Below are positions 9,876 to 20,215 of a DNA stretch of 60,875 bases, in pieces; positions within the stretch are counted from its first letter, which is position 1, and every line of letters starts with the position of its first letter. A program made the translations under genes and the position numbers. This DNA is from Sandaracinaceae bacterium. Its GTDB lineage: Bacteria > Myxococcota_A > Polyangia > Polyangiales > Sandaracinaceae. The stretch spans positions 1-60,875 of the forward strand of contig JBGAQA010000038.1 in assembly GCA_044220955.1 (NCBI GenBank). Direction: 5' to 3'. Below the pieces are notes generated by a model, which saw only the letters and a program-made list of their open reading frames with translations, was not told where the DNA came from and searched no databases.

Positions 9876-9932
9876 AAGGCCGGCTCGCCGGTTGACTCTC
9901 TCGCCTCACGCGGCGACGGGTCGGAGAAGCGC

Positions 9933-11753
9933 ATGGACAGGGGTTGGTACGTTCGACTCAGCTTGATGCTCACCGTGGTGGTGGGCGCGTGGCTCGTGCT
10001 CTGGCCGAGCTTGCACACGTGGCTCCCCGCGCCCTCGTGGGTGAACGACAACTTCACGCGCCACATCGCCATGGGCCTGGACATCCAGGGCGGCATGCAG
10101 CTGCAGTACGAGGTCGAGGTCGAGGAGGCGGTCATCGATCGCCGCGATCTGCGCCAGCAGCAGGTGCTCGAGCAGCTCTGCCAGCGGTTCGGCGAGTGCG
10201 ACGAGGACGAGCCGGCGACCCGCGAGCAGCTCGACGCGACCGCCGATCGCGCGACCGGGCACTCCGTCGACGACACCTCGTTCCGGATCACGTTCACGGC
10301 GCACGACGACGTGGCCGAGCTCGATCACGACATGATCTCGAGCTGGGGCGACCTCCGCGAGGTCGCGCGCACCGACGACGCGGTGACCCTCGCCCTCCGG
10401 GACGACAGCATCGAGCGCCTCCGCACCACCGCCGTCGACCAGGCCCGCGAGACGATCGGCAACCGCATCGACGAGATGGGTGTGCGCGAGGCATCCGTGT
10501 CCGTGCGCGAGGAGAACATCGTCGTCGAGCTCCCGGGCGCGAGCCAGGAGGACTTCGACTCCATCCGCGAGATCATCGGCCGCACCGCGCGCCTCGAGTT
10601 CAAGATCGTCGACGACGCGAACGACTTCGTCGGCGGCCTCGAGGACGTGCCGGACGGCATCTCGGTCGCCGCGGAGAACGTGCAGGCGGGCGAGGACCAC
10701 CCGAACGTCGTCACGCACTACCTCACCGCCGAGGGTGACGACGCGCGGCAGCGGATCACCGACTACATCCACGAGCTGACCGCCAGCGGCCGGGTGACCG
10801 ATGACCACCAGCTCGCCATCGGCGAGATCGACTACGAGGACGACGAGGGCCAGCCGCGCGAGGTGTGGCGGAGCTACTACCTCTACAACCGCGCCGAGGT
10901 GACGGGCGACGCGATCGACGACGCCGCCGTGCAGTTCGACCCCCAGGACCGCAACCCGAACGTCGGGATCACGTTCAACAGCGGCGGCGCGCGGGCCTTC
11001 GAGCGCCTCACCGGCGCGAACGTGCATCGCCGGATGGCCATCGTGCTCGACGACCGCGTCGAGACCGCCCCGAACATCCAGACCCGCATCGGCGGCGGCC
11101 ACTGCCGGATCACGCTGGGCGGCTTCCGGCCCTACCAGGAGATGATGAACGAGGCGAACGACCTCGTCGTCGTGCTCCGCGCGGGCGCCTTGCCCGCACC
11201 CATCCGGCCCGCCAACCAGCAGCTCATCGGTCCGACGCTCGGCTCGGACGCCGTCGCGCAGGGTCTGACCGGGGCGCTCGCGGGCATCCTCCTCGTGCTC
11301 GTGTTCATGGCGGTCTACTACGAGGCGGGCGGGCTCATCGCCGACCTCATGGTGCTCATCAACCTGATGATGACCGCGGCGATCCTCGCCGCCTTCGAGG
11401 CGACCCTGACGCTGCCCGGCATCGCCGGTCTCGCGCTGACGGTCGGCATGGCCGTCGACGCGAACGTCCTGATCCACGAGCGCATGCGCGAGGAGCTAAG
11501 GCTCGGGAAGTCGCCCCGCGCCGCGGTCGAGCAGGGCTTCAACCGCGCCTTCTCGTCCATCTTCGACGGCCACGTGACCTCGTTCATCTCGGGCGTCGTG
11601 CTCTACCAGTACGGCACCGGCCCCATCCGCGGCTTCGCGGTCACGCTGATGATCGGCGTCGCGGCCTCGCTGTTCACCGGCGTCTTCTGCTCGAAGATCG
11701 CCTTCGACTGGCTCGTGCGCGGACTCAAGGTCCGCCGCCTGCGGATCGGCTGA
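9933..11753 (+). CDS. secD: Protein translocase subunit SecD
   Basis: GLDIQGG, NRIDEMGVRE, LRAGALPAP, IGPTLG, LTLPGIAG, GMAVDANVLIHERMREE. Confidence 0.97.
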   Translation: MDRGWYVRLSLMLTVVVGAWLVLWPSLHTWLPAPSWVNDNFTRHIAMGLDIQGGMQLQYEVEVEEAVIDRRDLRQQQVLEQLCQRFGECDEDEPATREQLDATADRATGHSVDDTSFRITFTAHDDVAELDHDMISSWGDLREVARTDDAVTLALRDDSIERLRTTAVDQARETIGNRIDEMGVREASVSVREENIVVELPGASQEDFDSIREIIGRTARLEFKIVDDANDFVGGLEDVPDGISVAAENVQAGEDHPNVVTHYLTAEGDDARQRITDYIHELTASGRVTDDHQLAIGEIDYEDDEGQPREVWRSYYLYNRAEVTGDAIDDAAVQFDPQDRNPNVGITFNSGGARAFERLTGANVHRRMAIVLDDRVETAPNIQTRIGGGHCRITLGGFRPYQEMMNEANDLVVVLRAGALPAPIRPANQQLIGPTLGSDAVAQGLTGALAGILLVLVFMAVYYEAGGLIADLMVLINLMMTAAILAAFEATLTLPGIAGLALTVGMAVDANVLIHERMREELRLGKSPRAAVEQGFNRAFSSIFDGHVTSFISGVVLYQYGTGPIRGFAVTLMIGVAASLFTGVFCSKIAFDWLVRGLKVRRLRIG

Positions 11754-11767
11754 GGAGACGAGAGGTC

Positions 11768-12967
11768 ATGGAGCTCTTCAAGCCAGGCAAGACGATCGAC
11801 TTCATGAAGTACCGCAACGCCGCGGTCGGCGCGTCGATCGCGGTATGCGTCGGCGCCGGCGCGGCCCTGTACTTCCCCGGGCTGAACTACGGTATCGACT
11901 TCAGCGGCGGCACCGAGCTGCAGACGAGCTTCCAGGGCCACGTCGGCTCGAGCGAGCTGCGCGACACCCTCGTGGACCTCGGGTACGAGAGCCCGGACGT
12001 CATCGCCGTCCAGGGCAGCGTCGAGGACACGTACATCATCCGCGTGCGCGAGACGACGACCCTGCCCGACGGGATCGACCAGACGATCACCCAGCACCTG
12101 AACGACGCGCTCGACGTCGACGTGGTGGCGGTGCGCGTCTCGCCGGGCGGCGACAAGGTGAGCATCCGGCTGGCCGGAGAGGCCGACATGGCGGCGATCG
12201 GCACGGCGCTGACCGAGAGCGGCGTCCGGGTGCGCGGCACCGTCCGCCGCTTCGGGCCCGAGGACGAGCATCGCTTCGAGGCCGACCTGATCGGCGTGGC
12301 CGATCACATGATCGAGCAGCTCGGAGAGCGCCTCGCGGAGCGCGGTCCGAGCGAGCCGGATCGGGTGGAGTGGGTCGGCCCACGGGCCGGTGAGCAGCTG
12401 CGATACGCGGCGCTCCGCGCGCTGCTCTACTCGATCGCGTTCATCATGGTCTACGTCGCGTTCCGCTTCGATCTGCGCTTCGCGCCCGGCGGCGTCGTGG
12501 CTCTGGCCCACGACTCCCTGTTCACGGTGGGCGTGTTCGTCGTCTCGCAGCGCGAGTTCAACCTGACGATCGTCGCCGCGCTGCTGACCGTCATCGGGTA
12601 CTCGATGAACGACACGATCGTCGTGTTCGACCGCATCCGGGAGAACCTCGGCCGTCACCGCGACAAGTCGCTGCACGAGCTGATCAACATCTCGATCACC
12701 GAGACGCTCGGCCGCACGATCATCACGTCGGGCGTCACGATGCTCTCGATCGCCGCGTTCTTCATCTGGGGCACCCAGACGATCCGCGACATCACGTTCA
12801 CGCTCGAGGTGGGCTTCGCGGTCGGCACGTACTCGTCGATCTACATCGCTGCGCCCATCACGGAGTGGATGGACGACTATCTCCGCAAGAACCGCGAGCG
12901 CCGGATCGAGGAGATCCGCGCCCGCCAGCGCCGCGAGCCCGGGGCCGGTCGGCCGGCGCGGGCGTGA
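11768..12967 (+). CDS. secF: Protein translocase subunit SecF
   Basis: GIDFSGGT, VGP..G, ALAHD, GYSMNDTIVVFDRIREN, GTYSSIYIA. True start ATG 11768 after GAGG. Confidence 0.97.
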   Translation: MELFKPGKTIDFMKYRNAAVGASIAVCVGAGAALYFPGLNYGIDFSGGTELQTSFQGHVGSSELRDTLVDLGYESPDVIAVQGSVEDTYIIRVRETTTLPDGIDQTITQHLNDALDVDVVAVRVSPGGDKVSIRLAGEADMAAIGTALTESGVRVRGTVRRFGPEDEHRFEADLIGVADHMIEQLGERLAERGPSEPDRVEWVGPRAGEQLRYAALRALLYSIAFIMVYVAFRFDLRFAPGGVVALAHDSLFTVGVFVVSQREFNLTIVAALLTVIGYSMNDTIVVFDRIRENLGRHRDKSLHELINISITETLGRTIITSGVTMLSIAAFFIWGTQTIRDITFTLEVGFAVGTYSSIYIAAPITEWMDDYLRKNRERRIEEIRARQRREPGAGRPARA

Positions 12968-14694
12968 CCGATGCGGAGGGCCGGGGTGCGGAAGGCGCCG
13001 CGGCCCCCGAGCTCGACACCTCGCTGCAGCTCAGGCTCTGCGATCCCGAGGCCGCCGCGGCGCTCGGGGCGGAGCTGGGCGTGGGGGCCACGATCGCGCA
13101 GATCCTGCTGCACCGTGGGGTCTCGGACGTCGTCCGGGGCCGCGACTACCTCGACCCGAAGCTCGCTGGCCTGAGCGCTCCCGACGGCATGCGCGGGCGG
13201 GCCGAGGCGGCCGATCGCATCGCCTCGGCCATCGCACGGCACGAGCGGATCACGCTCTACGGCGACTACGACGTCGACGGGACGACGAGCGCCGCGCTCC
13301 TGGCTGGCGTGATCGAGGCGCTGGGCGGCGAGGTGAGCGCGCTCGCGGCGAGCCGCTTCGACGGATACGGACTCGGCGACGCGGCGCTCGCGCGGGTCCG
13401 CGAGACGCGGCCTGGGCTGCTGGTGACGTGCGACCTCGGCTCGACGGACCACGCGCGGCTCGAGGACGCGCGCCGCAGCGGGATCGACACGATCGTGGTC
13501 GACCACCACCGTGTGCCCGACGACCCGCTGCCCGCGCTCGCGTTCCTCAACCCGCACCAGCCGGGCTGCGGGTTCCCGTACAAGGGGCTGTGCAGCGCGG
13601 GCCTGGCGTTCTCGGTGGCGGCGGCGCTGCGGCGCGCGACGAAGAGCGAGCTCGATCTCCGTCCCTTCCTCGACTTCGTGGCGCTCGGGACCGTGGCGGA
13701 CGTGATGCCGCTCGACGGCGACAACCGGCGGCTCGTGCGCGCGGGACTCTCGCGGCTGGGCAGCCCCGAGGCGCGGCCGGGGGGGGTGGCGCTGCGCGAG
13801 CGCGCGGGCGTGCGCCCGGGGACGCGCATCGGAGGATCGGACATCGGCTTCCGGCTCGCGCCGCGGCTCAACGCGGCGGGGCGTCTCGGCGACGCGTCGC
13901 TCACGCTGAGCTTGCTGCGCGCCCGCTCGCTCGACGAAGCGCGGGGCATCGCGGCGCGGATCGAGCTGCTCAACGACGAGCGCAAGGATCTTCAGCGCAG
14001 GATCACGGAAGAGGCCGCCGACGCGGTGCGCGCCCGCGCCGAGCCGCCCGGTGGCGGGATCGTGGTCGCGTCCGAGCGCTGGCACCGGGGCGTCGTGGGG
14101 ATCGTCGCCGCGCGGCTGGTCGAGCTCTTCGAGGCGCCCAGCATCGTGCTCGCGATCGAGGGCGACGTGGCGCACGGCAGCGCCCGGACGATCCCGGGTT
14201 TCCCGGTGTTCGACGCGATCGCAGCCTGCCGCCCGCTGCTCACGCGCTTCGGGGGCCACCAGGCGGCGGCCGGTGTGACCCTGCCGGCCTCGCGCGTCCG
14301 TGATTTCGGCGAGGCCTTCGACGCGGAGTGCCGACGCCTCCGTGGGGCGGGGCGTGGCGCGCGCCCGGACCGGGCCGTGGACGTCGTGCTCGATGGCGTC
14401 CGCTTCGGCGTCCCGAGCGCCAGCGAGCTCGGCCTGCTCGAGCCGACCGGGCACGGCAATCGCGAGCCGCGCTTCCTGCTCGAGGGCGCGCGCGTCGAGG
14501 ACGCGTCGAGCGTCGGGGACGGGCACCTCAAGCTGATCCTGCGGCTCGGAGACGCGCGGCTCGGCGCGTTCGGATGGGACATGGCCGACGAGCTCTCGCG
14601 CGTGGGAGCGACCGCGTCGGTGGTCGGCGGACTGCGGCCGGACGGGTACCGCGGCGGCGAGGCGGTCGAGATGAGGATCGAGCGAGTGGTCTAA
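12964..14694 (+). CDS. recJ: Single-stranded-DNA-specific exonuclease RecJ
   Basis: GDYDVDG, TCDLG, VDHH, LGTVAD, APRLNAAGR, GSAR, GGHQAAAG. GTG start overlaps the secF stop (GTGA). Confidence 0.93.
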   Translation: MTDAEGRGAEGAAAPELDTSLQLRLCDPEAAAALGAELGVGATIAQILLHRGVSDVVRGRDYLDPKLAGLSAPDGMRGRAEAADRIASAIARHERITLYGDYDVDGTTSAALLAGVIEALGGEVSALAASRFDGYGLGDAALARVRETRPGLLVTCDLGSTDHARLEDARRSGIDTIVVDHHRVPDDPLPALAFLNPHQPGCGFPYKGLCSAGLAFSVAAALRRATKSELDLRPFLDFVALGTVADVMPLDGDNRRLVRAGLSRLGSPEARPGGVALRERAGVRPGTRIGGSDIGFRLAPRLNAAGRLGDASLTLSLLRARSLDEARGIAARIELLNDERKDLQRRITEEAADAVRARAEPPGGGIVVASERWHRGVVGIVAARLVELFEAPSIVLAIEGDVAHGSARTIPGFPVFDAIAACRPLLTRFGGHQAAAGVTLPASRVRDFGEAFDAECRRLRGAGRGARPDRAVDVVLDGVRFGVPSASELGLLEPTGHGNREPRFLLEGARVEDASSVGDGHLKLILRLGDARLGAFGWDMADELSRVGATASVVGGLRPDGYRGGEAVEMRIERVV

Positions 14695-14709
14695 ATTAGA
14701 GAGCGAGAG

Positions 14710-15804
14710 CTACTCGTCCGGTGAGGGCGCCCCGACGACCGTCTCCCGGGCGGGCGGGTCCGTCCCCTCCAGCCACGCCGCCAGGAGCTTCAGCGGATCG
14801 AAGCCGAGCAGCTGCGTCACGCTCGCGACCTCGCTCGCGCGACCGCGGACGTAGCTCGCGAGCGGCGCGATCTGGGAGAGCATCGCCCGCACCGCGGAGC
14901 CCTCGATCCACGACTCGGTGCGGCGCGCCGCCGCGCGCATCCCGTCCGCGGCGAGCGCCACGGCGACGTACGGGGGCGTCGGCTGCACGATGATGTCTCG
15001 CGCGACGACGGCTCGCGCCCACGCGCCCGGCCGCGCGTCGCGCAGGAGCGCGCGCAGATCCTGCTCGTCGGCGAAGATCCCGAGATGGACGGGCGCGAGG
15101 TGCCGGCCGACGGCCTCGGAGATGATCCGGTGGTCGCGTCGGAAGTCGCCGCCGAGGGGCCCCGTCCAGCGCGAGATCACGTCGGGTCCGACCACCCGGT
15201 CGATCTCGCCGCCCGAGCGCCGCAGCGCGACCATCGTCGACGGCGTCGTGCGCGAGAAGACGCAGAGGACCGTGGAGCGCTCGTCGGGGAGCACGGCGTC
15301 CAGCGCTCGGGAGAGCACCGGGGCGCTGGGGATCGGGACGTTCGCGTAGGGGCGCGGCCAGAGCTCCACCAGACCCGCCTCGATCGCCGCGCGGGTCGCG
15401 CGGATGACCGTGAGCCACTGCGCGACGTAGTCGTCGTGGCGCTCCATGCGCGCGCTCGCGCGCTGCACGATCTCCTCGATCGCGCCCTCGCGCATCACGA
15501 CGACACGGTGCGCGCCGTGCGAGGCGGCGAGCGTCGCGAGCGAGCCGGGCCCGGTGTACACGAGCCCGCGGACCCTGCCCCTGCGCGTGTGACGCGCCGC
15601 GAGCACGCGGCCGCCGGGCGTGACGACGACGAAGAGCGTGCCGCGCATCGCTTCGGCAGCCAGCGCGGCCTCGTCGACCTCGGGGGCGTCGCTCGTTCGC
15701 GGGGGTGTCCGCGGGCGTTCGGCGACCGGGGGCGCGAAGAGCGAGAGCAGGTGGGTCCAGCTCTTCGCGTCGAACCCCTCGATCCGGATGTCGGCGGCGA
15801 TCAT
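14710..15804 (-). CDS. Hypothetical cytoplasmic protein
   Basis: 364-aa ORF with natural composition, 4 nt downstream of the GH35-like gene; no motif recognised. Confidence 0.8.
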   Translation of the reverse strand: MIAADIRIEGFDAKSWTHLLSLFAPPVAERPRTPPRTSDAPEVDEAALAAEAMRGTLFVVVTPGGRVLAARHTRRGRVRGLVYTGPGSLATLAASHGAHRVVVMREGAIEEIVQRASARMERHDDYVAQWLTVIRATRAAIEAGLVELWPRPYANVPIPSAPVLSRALDAVLPDERSTVLCVFSRTTPSTMVALRRSGGEIDRVVGPDVISRWTGPLGGDFRRDHRIISEAVGRHLAPVHLGIFADEQDLRALLRDARPGAWARAVVARDIIVQPTPPYVAVALAADGMRAAARRTESWIEGSAVRAMLSQIAPLASYVRGRASEVASVTQLLGFDPLKLLAAWLEGTDPPARETVVGAPSPDE

Positions 15805-15808
15805 CGGC

Positions 15809-17938
15809 TCATCCGGCCTCTCCCATCGCGCCGGTGCCGACCACGGCGGCGTCGGGGCGCGCAGCGCGATCGAGGCGGAGCATGCGGCACGCCTGCGCGG
15901 GCATCGGGACGCTCAGGGTGGTGTCTCCGGCGAAGAGGTCGCCGGAGGCCGCGTCGCTCGCGTCGACCGGGTAGGGCAGGGAGATCTGCGCATCGATCGG
16001 GTGCTCGGCCGGGTTGATCACGAAGAGCACGCGCGGCGCGGTGTCGTCCTCGTGCACGCAGAGCTCGATCGGCGCCGCGCAGGCGAAGCGCGGCAGGGGC
16101 TCGAGCCGCCCCAGCAGGGCCGCGACGGTGGCGTCGGCGTCCTCGTCGCGGTCGACGAGCACGCGCGTGCCGAGCCGGGGGACCTCGAACGGGCGAGGCG
16201 AGAGCGTGAGGTCGAGCGAGGGCATCGCGGGGCCGAAGACGACGTGGCCTCCCGTCTTCGCGAAGGCGCTCAGCGCGCGCCAGCGCTCGGGGCTCGCGAG
16301 CTCGAACGCGGGCGTGAGCACCGCTTCGATGCCCGCGAGGCGGTCCGGGCTCGCGTCCGAGTCGACCAGGACATAGGGCTCGCCCGCGCGGCAGAGCGCG
16401 TCGGCGAGGCGCGCGATCATCTTCCACCACAGGATCTGGATCGGGCCCTTGAAGCCGAGCGGGTGATCGCTCGCGCCGTCGATGGGCGAGCCCGACAGGG
16501 CCTCGAGGGTCACGGGGGTGATGGGCCCGTAGACGTGCGTCGCGCGCGTCAGGCGCACGTACTCGCGGGGCACGGAGAGCGCGACGCGGACGCGGCGCAC
16601 CAGGCGATGGAAGCGCGTCGCCTCGAGCGCGCGCAGCAGCGACTTCCACGCGGCCGCCTCGATCCGCGGCGTCCCGTGGCTGTCGATCGGCGCGCCGTAC
16701 CAGCGGTCGCGGTCGACCGCCATGTACAGGGAGAAGCCGCGCAGGCCGTACGCCAGCGCGACCATCGCCGTGTACATCGAGTCCTCGTGCGCGAGCGGCG
16801 TGAACCAGGGCGGCGCGCCGACGCCGAGCTCGGGGGAGACGGGCATCCGCGAGCTGCCAGCGAGGTAGAGGGTGCGCCGCTTGATCGTGCGGTGCTCGCG
16901 GCGCGCGTGGTAGTAGTCGAGCCCGACGAAGCCGACGCCGTCTTCCAGCTTGGCCAAGCTCACCGGTGACGCGAGCTCGCCGAGCGGCAGGTTGTGGAAG
17001 GTCGGCACGCCGCCGAGGCCGTGCTTGTCGAGCATCCCCTTCATGCGCGCGAGCGCGCGCTCGACCAGGTGCTCGCGGAACGCGGCCCACTCGAGGTGGA
17101 GCGCGAGCGCGCGGGGCGGGGACCCGGGGTCGACCTCGTCGTGCAGATCGAAGCGCCTGGGAGGCGCGCAGTCCTCGTGCGTCTCGTACGTCGTGTCGTG
17201 CGCGCGCCCGAGCTCGGCGGCGCTCGGGTGCCGCTCGCGCAGGTACGCGTGCCAGAGCGCGATGGCGTCGGGGTGGTAGTCCTGATCGTAGGGCGCGTCC
17301 CGGAAGTAGTAGGTCGCCTCGTTGTCGATCTGCAGCAACACGACCGGCCCCCGCGGATACACGTGGGCCCGGACGACCGCCGCGAAGGCCGCGTACCAGG
17401 CGTCGGTCTCGGTGAGGAACGTCTCGCTCGCGTACGAGGGCACCGGGAACATGCGGGGCGGAAAGCCCAGCACGACGGGGCCGCCGCTCGGGGATCGCGC
17501 CTGACACGCGCGATCGTGGATGACACGCTCGGGCAGGCCGAACCACGTCATCTCCGAGTTGATGTGCGGGCCGGGCCGCAGGATCACGAAGAGCCCGAGC
17601 TCCTTGGCGATCGCGAGGAAGGCGCCCAGATCCTTGCGCGGGTCGCCGCCGGGCGTGTGGTCCGGCCCGAAGTCGAACGCGCCCTGCGCCAGCTCGTGCA
17701 CGCCCCACGGAACGTAGGTCTCGACCATCGGCAGCCCGAGCGCCGCCACCTCGGCGAGGGCCGTGCGCCACTCCGCGCGGTCCAGCCGGAAGTAGTGCAC
17801 GGCGCCTGCGAGGAAGGGCACCTCCCGGTCACCGACGCGCACGGCGCGCCGCTCCGGCACGAGCGTGGGCGCTCGCTTCGTGTCGAGCTCGCTCGGTCCG
17901 GCGCCTCGGCGCGCGGAAGGACGCCTTCGAGCCGTCAT
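15809..17938 (-). CDS. Beta-galactosidase-like glycoside hydrolase (GH35-type catalytic domain)
   Basis: GAVHYFR, ETYVPWGVHE, LRPGPHINSE, LQIDNE (acid/base), SPELG (nucleophile). No signal peptide; ATG overlaps the upstream stop. Confidence 0.82.
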   Translation of the reverse strand: MTARRRPSARRGAGPSELDTKRAPTLVPERRAVRVGDREVPFLAGAVHYFRLDRAEWRTALAEVAALGLPMVETYVPWGVHELAQGAFDFGPDHTPGGDPRKDLGAFLAIAKELGLFVILRPGPHINSEMTWFGLPERVIHDRACQARSPSGGPVVLGFPPRMFPVPSYASETFLTETDAWYAAFAAVVRAHVYPRGPVVLLQIDNEATYYFRDAPYDQDYHPDAIALWHAYLRERHPSAAELGRAHDTTYETHEDCAPPRRFDLHDEVDPGSPPRALALHLEWAAFREHLVERALARMKGMLDKHGLGGVPTFHNLPLGELASPVSLAKLEDGVGFVGLDYYHARREHRTIKRRTLYLAGSSRMPVSPELGVGAPPWFTPLAHEDSMYTAMVALAYGLRGFSLYMAVDRDRWYGAPIDSHGTPRIEAAAWKSLLRALEATRFHRLVRRVRVALSVPREYVRLTRATHVYGPITPVTLEALSGSPIDGASDHPLGFKGPIQILWWKMIARLADALCRAGEPYVLVDSDASPDRLAGIEAVLTPAFELASPERWRALSAFAKTGGHVVFGPAMPSLDLTLSPRPFEVPRLGTRVLVDRDEDADATVAALLGRLEPLPRFACAAPIELCVHEDDTAPRVLFVINPAEHPIDAQISLPYPVDASDAASGDLFAGDTTLSVPMPAQACRMLRLDRAARPDAAVVGTGAMGEAG

Positions 17939-19098
17939 TCGCGGGCGACCATAGCGGAGAAGCGGGCCGGGTCGAGCGCCGGCATGAGCGCGTCGGGCAC
18001 CAAGCCGGGGCTCGTCATCGCGCGGGCGAGGCGCTCGGCGACGGCGAGGGCGAGGCCCAGCCCATGGCCGGTCCACGCGCCGAGCACCCAGATCCGCTGC
18101 GCGCCAGGGAGCCGGCCGGCGAGCGGGAGGCCGTCGGCAGAGAACGCCATGGTGCCGCTCCAGCGCGCCTCGACGCGTGCCCCACGCGCGAAGGGAAGGT
18201 GCTCGGCGAGGTACGCGTCGAGCGCGCGCTGCACCTCCGGGGTGGTCGCGTCTTCGTCCGTCTGCTCCGCGTCCCGGAAGAGGTGACGCCGCCCGCCGAG
18301 CAGCACGCGCCCGTCGCCCCGCTGTCGGAAGTAGTCGAAGCCGCGGCCCGCGTAGCAGGGGACGTCGAGGACCGGCGCGAGCGGCTCGGTGGCGAGCATC
18401 TGCGCGCGCTGGGGTGTGATCACGCCGGCAAGCGAGGGCGCGAGCGCGCCGGTCCAGGCGTTCGTCGCGAGCACGACGCCCCCCGCCTCGATCGCGAGCC
18501 CTTCGCCGCGCACGACGCCCCCGTCCACGCTCGTCACGCGCAGGCGCGCGCCTCGCACGCCGCTCGCGAGCGCCGCGACCACGCGAGCTGGGTGGACCTC
18601 AGCGTCGTCCTCGATCCGCAGCGCGGCGTCGAAGCCCACGAGCGCGGGCGGAACCGCGCATTCCCGTGTCCGCACGCCACCGGCGTCGAGCGCGCGCGCA
18701 GCCTCGGCCAGAGCTCGGGTCTCGTCGTCGCCGCTCGCGAGCATGAGGCTCCCGGTCGGGCGGTGGTCGCCCGCACCGGCGACGCGGGCGAGACTCGCCG
18801 CGTTCTGTCCCGCCGCCTCGAGCAGGGCCGCGGCGAGCGCCGGCCCGAGCCGGGCTCGGAGCGCCGGATACTCCGTCACGTGCGTGCGGAGCACGAACCC
18901 CGCGTTGCGTCCGCTCGCGCCCGCCGCCGGACCCTCGGCGTCGACGACGAGGGGGTCGACGCCTCGCGCGCGTAGCGCCTGCGCGAGCCCCAGGCCGGCG
19001 AGCCCCGCGCCGACGACGACCACGTCCTCGCGACGGGGCTCGCGCAGCGCGCCCCAGCGGGGCAGGTCCGCGTCGCGCCACCAGATGGGCTCGGTCAC
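17935..19098 (-). CDS. FAD-dependent oxidoreductase (DAO/PuuB-like)
   Basis: VVVGAGLAG, GASGRNAGF, LATNAW, WSGTMAFSADGLP, GHGLG. Confidence 0.9.
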   Translation of the reverse strand: MTEPIWWRDADLPRWGALREPRREDVVVVGAGLAGLGLAQALRARGVDPLVVDAEGPAAGASGRNAGFVLRTHVTEYPALRARLGPALAAALLEAAGQNAASLARVAGAGDHRPTGSLMLASGDDETRALAEAARALDAGGVRTRECAVPPALVGFDAALRIEDDAEVHPARVVAALASGVRGARLRVTSVDGGVVRGEGLAIEAGGVVLATNAWTGALAPSLAGVITPQRAQMLATEPLAPVLDVPCYAGRGFDYFRQRGDGRVLLGGRRHLFRDAEQTDEDATTPEVQRALDAYLAEHLPFARGARVEARWSGTMAFSADGLPLAGRLPGAQRIWVLGAWTGHGLGLALAVAERLARAMTSPGLVPDALMPALDPARFSAMVARE

Positions 19099-19099
19099 G

Positions 19100-19495
19100 T
19101 CACAGCCGGGCGACGAGCTCGATCTCGACCTTCGCGCCGCGCGGCAGGGCCGCGACCTGCACGGTGGAGCGCGCTGGCGGCGCGGAGCCCTCGAACCGCC
19201 TGCCGTAGACCTCGTTCACCACCTTGAAGTCGCCCAGGTCCGTGAGGAAGATCGTCGTCTTCAGCACGCGCCCGAACGACGTCCCCGCCGCCCCGAGCAC
19301 GGCGGCCAGGTTGTCCATCACCCGCTCGGTCTGGGCCCGCGCGTCGCCCTCGATCATCTCGCCCGTCTTCGGGTCGAGCGGGATCTGGCCGCTGCAGAAG
19401 AGCAGGTCGCCGCTCCGGATGGCCTGGGAGTACGGCCCGATCGCCGCCGGCGCGTCGGGGGTGGAGATCGGCTCTCGTTCGCTCGCCTCGGCCAT
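19100..19495 (-). CDS. ridA: RidA family enamine/imine deaminase
   Basis: APAAIGPYSQAI, SGQIPLDP, PPARSTVQVAALP..VEIE; catalytic Arg present. Confidence 0.93.
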   Translation of the reverse strand: MAEASEREPISTPDAPAAIGPYSQAIRSGDLLFCSGQIPLDPKTGEMIEGDARAQTERVMDNLAAVLGAAGTSFGRVLKTTIFLTDLGDFKVVNEVYGRRFEGSAPPARSTVQVAALPRGAKVEIELVARL

Positions 19496-19508
19496 GTTCT
19501 CTCCTGAG

Positions 19509-20201
19509 TCAGATGACGAGCTTGTAGCCCATCCCGTACACCGTGAGGATGTGGACGGGCTTGTCGGGCTGCGGCTCGATCTTCTTGCGCAGCTTCACCA
19601 CGAAGTTGTCGACCGTCCGGCTGTTCGCGCTGCCGGGCGTGCCCCAGACCTTGTCGAGGATCTCGTCACGCCCGACGACCTGGCCCCCGCGCTCGTGGAG
19701 GTAGCGGAGCAGCTGCACCTCGTAGAACGAGAGCGCGAGCTTCTCGCGCCCGCGGACGAGCGTCTGCGCCGCCGGATCGATGGTCGCGCTGCCGACCTTG
19801 AAGATCTCGCCCGAGGCGCGCGTGCTGCGACGGAAGATCGCGCGGATGCGCGCGACGAGCTCGCCGATCGAGAAGGGCTTGGTGACGTAGTCGTCCGCGC
19901 CCGCGTCGAGGCCGCGGATCTTGTCCGCCTCCTGGCTGCGCGCGGTCAGCATCAGGATCGGCACGACGGGGTCCGTCTCGCGGACGACCTCGCACACCCG
20001 GTAGCCGTTGGTGTCCGGCAGCATCAGGTCGAGGATGATGCAGTCGGGTCGGCCGTCGCGCGCGAGGTGGATGCCGTCCTGCCCCGTTCGCGCGTGGGTC
20101 ACGTCGAACCCCTCGAACTCGAGCGCGTCGACGAGGCCCATCGCGAGCGACGGGTCGTCCTCGACGAGCAGGATCCGCCTGGGCTGCGCTTCGGCCGCCA
20201 T
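19509..20201 (-). CDS. OmpR/PhoB family response regulator
   Basis: LVEDD, ILDLMLP, GADDYVTKPF, winged-helix RTVDNFVVKLRKKIE..TVYGMGY. Confidence 0.96.
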   Translation of the reverse strand: MAAEAQPRRILLVEDDPSLAMGLVDALEFEGFDVTHARTGQDGIHLARDGRPDCIILDLMLPDTNGYRVCEVVRETDPVVPILMLTARSQEADKIRGLDAGADDYVTKPFSIGELVARIRAIFRRSTRASGEIFKVGSATIDPAAQTLVRGREKLALSFYEVQLLRYLHERGGQVVGRDEILDKVWGTPGSANSRTVDNFVVKLRKKIEPQPDKPVHILTVYGMGYKLVI

Positions 20202-20215
20202 CGTGCGCCTCTATA

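Noticed and set aside
10865..12967. Apparent 700-aa SecF or SecDF fusion
   Set aside because: secD has its own stop at 11753 and secF its own RBS and ATG at 11768; the upstream part is an off-frame shadow.
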